Origin: Octopus sinensis
Lineage: Eukaryota
Assembly: GCF_006345805.1 (NCBI RefSeq)
Contig: NC_043020.1
Coordinates: 4,402,001-4,466,000 of the forward strand
Direction of reading: 5' to 3'
Length of the DNA stretch: 64,000 nt
The notes beneath the pieces were generated by a model. The model saw only the letters and a program-made list of their open reading frames with translations, did not search any database and was not told the origin of the DNA. The position numbers and the translations under genes are program-made. Of the stretch, positions 11,690-22,413 are shown in pieces (the first letter of the stretch is position 1; every line of letters starts with the position of its first letter).

Positions 11690-12830
11690 ACGTGATGTGT
11701 AATGTCGTATGGTGTAGTGTAATCCAGAATATGCCATTCTTTAGATGCACGGTGCATCCATGTGGTCTTAAAGTTATTCTTTTGTTGAAACATGTATTGG
11801 TAACACACAGATGCAGCTCCTCACACATCTGCAGCAGAAGCATGCCATTACTATTACACTTCCCCACCCCATGCTTTCCAATTACAGTCCATGTTTTAAA
11901 ATCCCTACCCACTCTAGCATTAAAGTTACCCAGTACGAGGGATATTTCTCATAATGCCTTTTGAAGCATGGTAGAAAGAAACTTTTTCATCATCAGTAGA
12001 GCACACAGAGCATACACACTCACCAAGGTCACATAATTTCCTTTAACCAAAGGAATTCTCATGGACATAAGACGCTCATTAATCCTGACTGGGAATTCTT
12101 CCAACTTGTCCACAAGAGTAGTCTTAACAGCCTCTCTAAACTCTTCATCTCTATCTTTCCAAAAGAATGTATATTTTCCACAAGATTATGTAAGATGACC
12201 ATCTCCAGCTAATCTTATCTCAGATAAAGCAACAATGTCAAGATCATAGCGTTGAAGCTCCTCTGCAACAAGAGCAGTCCTTCATTCAGGACATTCTGAG
12301 GACTCGCAGTCAAGCAGTGTCCGTACATTCCAACAGCCAATATTCAATATTTTGTTTGGTTCTATCAGAGAAGCACAATGATGGCTGGGTTCAGACTGTG
12401 AAGCTCTGGAGCCCCAGCCGGCCAGACTCTTTTATCTGATGTAGTTCCAGAGTTCTTACTGCCATTTATTTTTATACTGTTTTGATATATCATTGATTGT
12501 TTGTTTTTTAAGGCTACAGCCAGCCATTCAGTCGAGACTCATAGCGCTATCAACAATCATCAATTAGTTAATCAATCAATCAATGTTGTTATCATGCAAT
12601 GCCTGTAAAAGAAGATATTTTTTTAAGTGAGGAAGGGCTGTGAACCAAGTCAATTCCACTCACTAAGCAACAGCAGCCATAACCCGAAAAGAACACGTCG
12701 ACATCATCGGTAGCTACTGAGCCGCAGGTTTTATGTCAGAATTATCCTAGTTACCTGAGTTGCAGTCTCCTGGAAGGATGCCCTAACAAAGGCTAGGGGT
12801 CCTTCACTCCCAATGGTTTAACTGTGCGAT
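11690..12830 (-). mobile_element. BovB-like RTE LINE, 5' part (APE endonuclease), degenerate
   Basis: Minus-strand frames give IGKHGVGKCNSNGMLLLQMCEELHLCVTNTCF and FKTTWMHRASKEWHILDY. Further 5', NIGCWNVRTLLD and RYDLDIVALSEIRL are readable. These are RTE/BovB endonuclease motifs. Confidence 0.8.
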
Positions 12831-14014
12831 TGGATATTCAGTTCGATTATTTCTATGTTCTCATGCAAGATAAAGCCATAGGCTGGATAAAATAGATATT
12901 AAAAAAAAAGATTAAAAGAACGTACACTATATAAAAATATTGATATACAATATATACATAAAATATATGATATGTAATACATAAGATTGACATACAATAT
13001 ATACAATTTAAAAACACAATATACATTATGCACACACACATACTGAAATATAACATATACAATACACACAGAGTTTAACATGCAATATATACAATACAGT
13101 CCTTTCAACTAACAGTCTTTACAATAATGGTTGCATGCAATAAACAAATTTCCTTATAAAATCGAAGAAAACCTTAAATCAAAAATAGCTTATAAAAAAG
13201 GACAGAGTCTAAATATCCAGGGTAAATAATTATTTGTAAAATATTAATCAATTAATATATTAAAAGTTATATCATTTAAAAAAAATGTTCACGTTCGATC
13301 ACATATACATTCAGCAGTATATGCACATACTAAACCATCTAAAGCTATATACACTAAAACATACAGATGCATGTACATAGTTACATACATATAGAGGCAG
13401 CTATATACAAATGCACATATATATATATATGTACACACACATGCATGTACACAAAAATCTCCTGGCATATGCTTATACAAGTTTGTTGTTACAGGTGAAA
13501 GAAAGAGAAGGAAAAAACATTAAGTGTTTTAATAAAGCATATTACTCTACCTCTGGTATTCGAGTACTATTTTTTCCACCTTGTTTCACATTTACGTGCT
13601 TACTCTGGTATATACAAACATATACACACACACACATATACCTTGGGATGAGAGGGGACTTTGCACCAGCCACAGATCTGGTCAGTGGCTCTCAGCAGGT
13701 TGTCCCTTAGAAACGTCCAGTTGCTTTCTACCCCATGTGATATTCTATCCCCTTCTACACACACATACATATGGTGGTTGTCTACTCTTTATACAGAGTT
13801 TAACCACCTCTACACCTAAGAACCATCATGGCTTCTGATGTGGCTTTTTAAACCAGACAATGTTCTGAAAAGACACGCACATAGATTGCACTGCTGATTT
13901 GGATCACTAAGACCTGCAGATAAGTTCTGCTCTTTGTGGATCTTAAAATGTCTCTTGAGTCTCTTTTGGATTTGCGAATCCTCTGGCATTCAAAGGTGTG
14001 CACAGATATACAGG

Positions 14015-14815
14015 CAGAATAGTTGCTGGAGGTTTGTTTTCCATGCGTTCACAAATGGGATTTGAGTCCAGCAAAAGAAAGACATGGTCTGTCACAGACT
14101 GGTCACATAAAAAGGTCATTGTCATTCACCTTCTTGATCATTACATTCTTCTTTAGATTTCTTTTGAGTCTTACTTGCATTATCCTGGCCTCTTCAGATG
14201 CTTTTACTCCACTCCCCACCTTTGTTCACCATCCAACTCAATCCGAAGCAAATGTTTTTACATCTTCTGGAACCATTCCAAGTGACTTCATAGTAGTCCT
14301 TATGCCGTCCTTAAACCTTTTTTAGATTTACGCCGATAGCGTTTCCTCTCTGCAAGCTCACCATAAAACAGCTGTTTCAGCATGCGTTCATCTGCCGTTC
14401 GAACAATATGGCCACACCATCTCAATTGGTTCCTCAAAATCATAGCTTTAATTGAAGTGATGCCTGTAGATGCAAAGACATCTGTGTTTGGAGTAAAAGA
14501 AATTCATTTAATTATTAAAATGCGATGAAGGTATTTTTGGCGGAATTGTTCTGACAGTTTAAAATGCCTTTCATAATAAGTCCAAGTTTTACAGGAATAC
14601 AACAGGGATGGTAAGACAAATGATTTGTAAAGAGCCAGCTTTCTATTCTTATTTATATACCACTGGCACCAAACGCACGACTCCAAGCCACCAAATGCTT
14701 TTGCTGCCCTTTGAATTCACAGCTGTATTTCTGTATCAAGATTTCCATCATTTTAAACAGAGCTTCCAATATAGACGAACAAATCGACAACCTCAAGTAA
14801 CTTTCCTTTAACAAT
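14015..14815 (-). mobile_element. BovB-like RTE LINE, C-terminal part with a CCHH finger remnant, degenerate
   Basis: LYKSFVLPSLLYSCKTWTYYERHFKLSEQFRQKYLHRIL; RLRWCGHIVRTADERMLKQLFYGELAE; terminal CDRPCLSFAGLKSHL*TH. Confidence 0.75.
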
Positions 14816-14824
14816 GTATATATA

Positions 14825-16468
14825 CAGTATCTACAATAAGTTAGTACACACAACGATTTTTTTAATTTTTACTTCTTACAACTATATTTTTTCGTAGGAT
14901 TTAAATGAAACTCGATGTGAACATAGCCATGTAGTGGTTTAATAACTTTATAAACTATGAAGGAACAAATATCTTTTCAATGTAGAATAATTAAACAAAA
15001 ACATTTAGAACAAGTAACAAAAAGTAAGTACACAGGAGCGCTTTAAACAAATAAGCCTATTTTTAATACTTTGTATGGCCTCCATTGTTATCAATAACAG
15101 CAGACAACCTCCTAGGCATTGATTCCACTAGTTTACGACGTGTCCGCCGGAATTGCGTTCCATTCACATTTGATGACCTCCTTGAGTTCGTTAATATTTC
15201 TCGGATTTTTCCCTGCAATTTTCCGTTTTAGATGCTTCCACAGATGCTCTATTGGGTTCAAATCAGGTGACATACTCGGCCATGGTAAGGTATTCACTCG
15301 CTTACTTTCTAAGAACGCCTTCGTAGGCCGCGACGTGTGCTTAGGGTCGTTATCCTGCTGGAAAACTCCACGTCTGCCAACACTTGTTAAACTTGGTAAC
15401 ATGTTTTCCTCCAATATCTGGCAATAGAGTTTTGAATCCATTTTTCCTTCGATGAAAGCAAGTCGTCCAACTCCTTTGGCACTCATACACCCACAAATCA
15501 TCAAGCTCCCACCTCCATGCTTGACAGTTGGCACGACACACTTATCCTTGTAAGCCTCCCCTTTTCGTCGCCACACATGCTTAACGCCATCTGAGCCGAA
15601 TAGATTTATTTTCGTCTCCTTAGACCAAAGGATTTTGTCCCAAAACTGCATATCTTTGTCTTTATGATTATTAGCAAATTCACAATGCTTCTTTTTGTGG
15701 GAAGTTTTCAGCAGAGGCTTCCTTCGGAGCATGCAGCCTTTAAACCCGTCTTCGTGGAGAATGTTGCGCACTGTCTGAGCACTCACAGTTACGTTTAAAC
15801 TGTGTGAAATTTCTTCTGCGACACTAGCAGCACTCCGACGTCTGCTTCCCTCTATAAGTTGTTTCATGCGCCTCTTAGTTCGATCACAAAACTTATTTGG
15901 TCGACCGGGACGGCGGCCATTTGTGACGGTTCCAGCTTTTTTGTACCGTTGAACAACTTTTGCTACCGTATTTCGGCTGATATTTATTTACATTGCCACT
16001 TATTTCCGTATATGAATGACCACTCTTGAATAAATTAACAATAGTTTCACGAGTTTTTTCATGTAATTCATTGCCACGAGGAGCCATTTCCAAGAATAAT
16101 ATGAGAGAAACTTTGGTAGCAATAGCAGCGTAATGTAAACAAACAGGCAATGAAATGCCTTTGGTTATTTATTAGGGTACAATAAAAAGGTGCCAACAGA
16201 AAGTTCTGCAATTTATAGCTATTTAAGTAAATATTTATTCATGATTAGTGACTTCCATAGCTGTGTACTAATTTATTGTACTGTGACTCTATGGATTTTC
16301 TCCTATAATTTGAAATAAACAACAAATTTGAACCCTAACGTTTATGCATATTTAAATTTACATATATGGCTAGGTTCACATCGAGTTTCATTTAAATCCT
16401 ACGAAAAAATAAAGTTCTAAGAAGTAAAAATTTAAAAAATCGTTGTGTGTACTAACTTATTGTAGATA

Positions 16469-16471
<3 letters not shown>
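14825..16471 (-). mobile_element. Tc1-family DNA transposon, full length (1647 bp)
   Basis: ~106-bp imperfect TIRs (14825-14930 and 16366-16471) begin CAGTATCTACAATAAGTTAGTACACACAACG. Both ends are flanked by TA. Confidence 0.95.
15063..16087 (-). pseudogene. Tc1 transposase (DD34E), inactivated
   Basis: Starts MAPRGNELHEKTRETIVNLFKSG. Motifs VKHGGGS, FQQDNDPKH and SPDLNPIE, with 34 residues between D and E. Ends RRLSAVIDNNGGHTKY*. Has two frameshifts (~15980 and ~15140), and the first catalytic Asp reads WSKETK instead of WSDETK. Confidence 0.9.
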
Positions 16472-16505
<34 letters not shown>

Positions 16506-16545
16506 TATATACATGTACATATACATGTACATATATATATATATA

Positions 16546-17877
16546 CCAGTATAAGCTATGGACACATAAGAGGTGCAGCAATGTCAAAGGTAGGCTAACT
16601 GGGAAGATAGTTTTTGTATGTGGCAGATGCTCGGGAGCATTGACCTCCGAAAATCTGCAGAAAACAACTTCCGTCACTTTCCGGGGGGAAAAACTAGAAG
16701 TAGTTGATAGCTTCTGCTATCTAGGTGACCAAGTCAGTAGTGGGGGTGGGTGCGCTGAAAGTGTAACTGCTAGAATAAGAATAGCCTGGGCAAAGTTTAG
16801 GGAGCTCTTACATCTGCTGGTGACTAAAGGCCTCTCGCTCAGAGTAAAAGGCAGACTGTATGATGCATGTGTACGAACTGCCATGCTACATGGTAGCGAA
16901 ACATGGGCCGTGACTGCTGAGGACATGCGTAAGCTCACGAGGAATGAAGCCAGTATGCTCCGATGGATGTGTAATGTCAGTGTACTTACTCGACAGAGCG
17001 TTAGTACCTTGAGAGAAATGTTGTACCTAAGAAGCATCAGTTGTGGTGTGCAAGAGAGATGATTGCGCTGGTATGGACATGTGGCGAGAATGGATGAAGA
17101 TAGGTGTGTGAGAAAGTGTCAATCCCTAGCAGTTGAGGGAACCCGTGGAAGAGGTAGACCCAGGAAAACCTGGGACGAGGTGGTGAAGCACGACCTTCGG
17201 ACGTTAGGTCTCACCATAGAAATGACTAGAGACCAAGACCTATGGAAGTATGCTGTGCGTGAGAAGACCCGGCAAGACTAGTGAAGCCATAACCCGTGGC
17301 CCCTACCTGGGACGTAGTCAGTCCACCTGTGCATACCTTCCTTCTTGTGACACTTGTCAAGACCTGTTGAGGCAAGTGAAAATCAAAATCAAATCAAATC
17401 AAACCAAACCAAATCAAAATAGATGAACATCAATGGAATTTGTATCCTTGTGGTACCAGTGCCAGTGGCACATAAGAAAACCATCCGAACGTGACCGTAG
17501 CCAGTACCGCATCGACTGGCCTCCGTGCTGAGGGCACATAACAAACACCATCCGAGAGTGGCCGTTCGCCAGCCTCGTCTGGCACCTGTGTCGGTGACAC
17601 ATAAGAAAACACCATCCGAGCGTGGCCGTCTGCCAGCCTCGTCTGGCACCTGTGTTGGTGGCACATAAAAAACACCATCCAAGCGTGGCCGTCTGCCAGC
17701 CTCGTCTGGCACCTGTGTCGGTGGCAAATAAAATCACCCACTACACTCTCGGAGTGGTTGGCGTTAGGAAGGGCATCCAGCTGTAGAAACACTGCCAGAT
17801 CTGACTGGCCTGGTGCAGCCTTCAGGCTTGCCAGACCCCAGTTGAACCATCCAACCCATGCTAGCATGGAAAGCGGA
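16546..17877 (+). mobile_element. 5'-truncated RTE LINE (PHD family)
   Basis: Begins mid-PHD (KLWTHKRCSNVKGRL...VCGRC). RT C-terminus has one internal TGA (17060-17062). The 3'UTR has ~4 tandem 62-bp units. Confidence 0.92.
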
Positions 17878-17880
17878 TAA

Positions 17881-19271
17881 TCATCATCATCGTCGTTTAA
17901 CGTCCGTTCTCCATGCTAGCATGGGTTGGACGGTTCGACCGGGGTTCTGGGAAGCCAGAAGGCTGCACCAGGCTCCAGTCTAATATGGCAATGTTTCTAC
18001 AGCTGGATGCCCTTCCTAACGCCAACCACTCCGTGAGTGTAGTGGGTGCTTTTTACGTGCCACCTGCACAGGTGCCAGGCGGGGCTGGCAACGGCCACGG
18101 TCAGATTGGTGTATTTTATGTGCCACCGGCACGGAAGCCAGTCGAGGCGGTGCTGGCATCGGCCACGAGTCGGATAGTGCTTTTTACGTACCACCAGACC
18201 AGGGATCCTGGCTGGTTCAATTCGATTTCGATTTCGCTTGCCCCAACATGTCTTCACAAGCAAAGGGGGTTGGCAAGGGTGCCTGTCGTACGGTCGCATT
18301 GGAGTATTTTACGTGCCACGGCCACGAGTCGGATAGTGCTTTTTACGTACCACCAGACCAGGGATCCTGGCTGGTTCAATTCGATTTCGATTTCGCTTGC
18401 CCCAACATGTCTTCACAAGCAAAGGGGGTTGGCATGGGTGCCTGTCGTACGGTCGCATTGGAGTATTTTATGTGCCACGGCCCCGAGTCGGATAGTGCTT
18501 TTTACGTACCACCAGGCCAGGGATCCTGGCTGGTTCAATTCGGTTTCGATTTCGCTTGCCCCAACATGTCTTCGCAAGCATGGGGGGTTGGGATGGGTGT
18601 CTGTCGTCGGATGAGGTTCTATATCGACTTCGCTTGCCTCAACCGGTCTTTGTGTCCAAGGGAGGAAAGGCATTCATAAGTGGGCTGGGCTCACTTGTCC
18701 TGCCTGGTCTTCTCACGTACAGAATATTTCCAAAGGTCTCGGTCTCTGGTCATTTCCTCAGTGAGGCCTAAAGTTCGAAGGTCGTGCTTCACCACCTCGT
18801 CCCAGGTTTTCCTGGGTCTACCTCTTCCACGGGTTCCCTCAACTGCTAGGGATTGGCACTTTCTCACACACCTATCTTCATCCATTCTCGCCACATGACC
18901 ATACCAGCGCAATCGTCTCTCTTGCACACCACAACTGATGCTTCTTAGGTACAACATTTCTCTCAAGGTGCTAACGCTCTGTCGAGTATGTACACTGACA
19001 TTACACATCCATCGGAGCATACTGGCTTCATTCCTCACGAGCTTACGCATGTCCTCAGCAGTCACAGCCCATGTTTCGCTGCCATGTAGCATGGCTGTTC
19101 GTACACACGCATCATACAGTCTGCCTTTTACTCTGAGCGAGAGGCCTTTAGTCACCAGCAGAGGTAAGAGCTCCCTAAACTTTGCCCAGGCTATTCTTAT
19201 TCTAGCAGTTACACTTTCAGCGCACCCACCCCCACTACTGACTTGGTCACCTAGATAACGGAAGCTATCAA
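17881..19271 (-). mobile_element. 5'-truncated RTE LINE, tail-to-tail with the previous copy
   Basis: ORF 18691-19329 (DSFRYLGDQVSSGGG...EKTRQDK*). The 3'UTR has a ~170-bp unit repeated ~2.5 times (about 18160-18560). (CAT)n tail at 17881. Confidence 0.92.
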
Positions 19272-19274
19272 TGA

Positions 19275-19312
<38 letters not shown>

Positions 19313-19324
19313 CCTGCCAATTTA

Positions 19325-19955
19325 TGCATTCCTTGCCTTCTTTGAACACAAAACTCTGCTTGCGAAGACCTGTTTGGGCAAGTGAAATCGAAATTGAATC
19401 AAATTCGATGACTGGCACCCGTGCCAGTGGAGTGCTAACGGTTCCATCTGAGCGGGATCACTGCCAGAGCAGCTGTCTGGCTTCCATGCTGGTGGCACGT
19501 AAAAAGCACCATTTAAGCGTGATCGTTACCAGCGTCGCCTTACTGGCACTTGAACAAAACATTTGAGTGAGGTCGATGCCTGTGCCGCTGGAATGACTCC
19601 TGTGCAGGTGGCACGTAAAAAAACACCATTTCAAGTGTGGCCTTTGCCAGCAACGCCAGGCTGGCCCTCGTGCCGGTGGCACGTAAAAGCACCCACTACA
19701 CTCTTGGAGTGGTTGGCGTTAGGAAGGGCATCAAGCTGTAGAAACTCTGCCAGATCAGAGCTTGGTGCAGCCATCTGGTTCGCCAGTCCTCAAATTGTCC
19801 AACCCATGCTAGCATGGAAAGCATACGTTAAATGATGATGATATATCATCATCATCATCGTTTAGCGTCCACTTTCCATGCTAGCATGGGTTGGACGGTT
19901 CAATTGAGGTCTGGGAAGCCAGAAGGCTGCACCAGGCCCAGTCTGATCTGGCAAT
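19325..19955. mobile_element. Two RTE 3'-end fragments joined tail-to-tail (+ 19325-19842; - 19845-19955)
   Basis: ...gttaaatgatgatgat|atatcatcatcatcatcgtttagc..., with ccatgctagcatgg on both sides. Confidence 0.85.
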
Positions 19956-20720
19956 TTGTGTGTGTGCCATTTTTCATCCATACACATTTCTCTCCCACAA
20001 TATCCTGCCTTTCTCTGATATATTACTTTGCAACTTGGAACACCTCACGCTTCCAGCTTTCTCATTGCAGAACATTGACAAACTGCTTTTTTTCTGGTTC
20101 CCTCCATGTGAAATAAAACTTGTCACTAGCTCTGCTTAGTATAATTCTTTGCTAATGCCATTTTCTTAATCTTTTGCAAACTGTCTCTTGACTTTTATTG
20201 TTCTTTCTACCTCATTGTTGCACTAGCCATAGTCTGTAACCCTCTACAGGTTGTCTTGTAGGAACTTTAAGTTATCCTGCATGTAATTTTTGTCTCTATC
20301 TCCTCCTCTTTCTGCATCAAAAGGCAGAGTTTCAGATCAGTACACCCACATAAGGTGGATTTTCTCCATTTGGGTGGAGATTTTTCCAATTTTGTTTTTT
20401 TACTATGCTTTTGGGAATGATAGGGGGCAGCTTTTATTTTACCGTTTATTTACGTACCACCATGCTGTTAGGTTTATAAAACAATTGAAGTTCAGTTTAA
20501 AGTTTATAAATAAATACATTTCATTCCATGTTCTGTTTAAACTTTATAAATAAATATATTCTTGCATTATTCATTATTGTTTTTAAAAAAGAAATCACAC
20601 CAAATCTACACAAATGACCACCACCACCGCGATCACATACACCAATCATACACACGTGTGTGTGTGTATATGTGGCTATATGTCTGTATTTATTGTATGT
20701 GTGTATAAGTAGTTATATGC

Positions 20721-20906
20721 TTATATTATCCATTATAGTAATATTTGTCTGTTGAAATCCGTTTTAAGGCGGTCAATAGTTTAATTAAAGATGTGTCTAT
20801 ACATGTGTATACATATATATATATACATGTGTATACATTACACATGTATATATATATATGTATACACATGTATATATATATATATGTATACACATGTATA
20901 TATACA

Positions 20907-20951
<45 letters not shown>

Positions 20952-21029
20952 AGACACATCTTTAATTAAACTATTGACCGCCTTAAAACGGATTTCAACA
21001 GACAAATATTACTATAATGGATAATATAA
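20721..21029. repeat. Perfect 86-bp inverted repeat around a 137-bp TA/CA/TG loop
   Basis: Arms 20721-20806 and 20944-21029 (ttatattatccattatagtaatatttgtctgttgaaatccgttttaaggcggtcaatagtttaattaaagatgtgtctatacatgt) are exact reverse complements as read. Confidence 0.92.
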
Positions 21030-21586
21030 ACCTGACGTAAATACACGAAGTTGACGTACTTTCACTTCTGACAGTGCCAAAATTCCCAACGGTTAATATG
21101 ATGACCGTATCAAATAGGTGGAATTCTGGGTTACACACACAATGACTTTTTTTTTTTTTTATCTTGGGGGGCATTTTCAGAAAATTTTTCCGAATTTATG
21201 TTCTACACACTAGAATTCTGATGATTATACAAAAATAATTTTGTGTGTGATTTAAGGGCTATTAGCTGTTATGTTTTAGCACATGAAGGGGTTATATGGC
21301 GTGCTTAAAGCAGGATTCCGCCAATAATTTGCCTGTTTATACAGAACATAAACAGGTGAGATGGAGAAACTCAATACATATCATTGAAAGTTTGCAGAAA
21401 TTATGAACAAGCAACAAAGAAAGACAAAAAGAACAAAAACTGTTGTTATCAAGAATGTTTTAAATACAAATTCTAACGTTCAACATTCATAGCGAAATGT
21501 GTATTTCGCAGAGTTCTACATTTGAATTGCAGTGTAGTAGGAAGAAGGGTGGAGAAAATCCGAAATAAAATCGTTCTCCGCTTTTC

Positions 21587-21751
21587 TTACCAAGCTTCTT
21601 TACCCTCGGGCAACTCTCGGCCACCAAATAATTTGCTTCGATTCCTGAACGAACAGGCGTAAGTGGTATCGAACCTGTACGATTCGTAACTGCCGTAGAA
21701 ATAGACCAGCATCACTGCTGCCATTCGGCCATAAACTGGCCACCATCGTTG
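21587..21751 (-). CDS. NDUFB1: NADH:ubiquinone oxidoreductase subunit B1 (MNLL), last coding exon
   Basis: QRWWPVYGRMAAVMLVYFYGSYESYRFDTTYACSFRNRSKLFGGRELPEGKEAW* aligns with the recalled NDUFB1 pattern G-C-Y...D...FRNKSMLF.REL...W, with one hydrophobic segment. Phase-0 acceptor tatgtttcag| at 21752/21751. An alternative acceptor at 21766/21765 would put ATG 21760 in the exon. Confidence 0.75.
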   Translation of the reverse strand, partial: QRWWPVYGRMAAVMLVYFYGSYESYRFDTTYACSFRNRSKLFGGRELPEGKEAW

Positions 21752-22019
21752 CTGAAACATAAATCCTAGAGAAGGAGACATATTGACTGATGCACAAGTT
21801 CAAATAAATTCAGATAAATTTGCTTAAGGTCACAAGCGCAGGGTGTGTGTGGGTTGTTACGTAAGGTCAAGGAAAGAGTAGCCTTACAGATTATTTTTCT
21901 TGTTGTTTCCGTTTGTATTCTTGTGTTCTTGAGTAGTCCTTATAGATGCACACAGATACAATCAGGGGTAGACCGATAACAATACTGTAACGCCGAAATA
22001 TTCGTCTGGCAATTTTCAC

Positions 22020-22046
22020 CTTGCTCACATCCAACTCTTCCGCCAT
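22020..22046 (-). CDS. NDUFB1: Probable NDUFB1 first coding exon (MAEELDVSK)
   Basis: caATGGCGGAAGAGTTGGATGTGAGCAAG|gtgaaa is a phase-0 donor that joins the 21751 acceptor in frame, giving a 63-aa protein. An alternative donor GAT|gtgagc would end the exon at 22029. Confidence 0.55.
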
Positions 22047-22170
22047 TGACGACTCGGGCCTACGAAGGGGACGTAACTCCAGATTCGCGTTGCCATATGC
22101 TTCCGGAAGTAGATAGAAAATCTTTAATTCTAAAAGTGTGAATTCTATTATTCCTTTATACTGACTTCAG
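22040..22170 (-). promoter_or_regulatory. NDUFB1 CpG-containing core promoter with a palindromic ETS site
   Basis: CTTCCGGAAG at 22100-22109 contains GGAA on both strands. A YY1-type ATGGCGG overlaps the start codon. CpG is locally enriched. Confidence 0.5.
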
Positions 22171-22171
22171 T

Positions 22172-22413
22172 TAAGGCGGTGACCTGGCAGAAACGTTAGC
22201 ACGCCGGGCGAAATGCGTAGCTGTATTTCGTCTGCCGTTACGTCCTGAGTTCACATTCCGCCGAGGTCGACTTTCCCTTTCATCCTTTTGGGGTCGATAA
22301 ATTAAATACCAGTTACGCACCGGGGTCGATATAATCGACTTAATCCGTTTGTCTGTCCTTGTTTGTCCTCTCTGTGTTTATTTAGCCCCTTGTGGGCAAT
22401 AAAGAAATATATA
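22172..22413 (+). mobile_element. tRNA-derived SINE with a perfect 15-bp TSD
   Basis: Box A-like tggcagaaacgttagc and box B-like gagttcacattcc. TSD tatactgacttcagt at 22157-22171 and 22414-22428. Family copies at about 27740-27960, 28146-28355 and 48542-48750. Confidence 0.9.

Noticed and set aside
12700-12830. HDV-like ribozyme at the BovB-like 5' end
   Set aside because: Only a simple hairpin (gaagga...tccttc) could be drawn; no nested double pseudoknot was found by eye.
22172-22260. tRNA gene (also at 53498-53580 and 48542-48620)
   Set aside because: Box A/B heads continue into SINE bodies with TSDs and do not close a cloverleaf acceptor stem.
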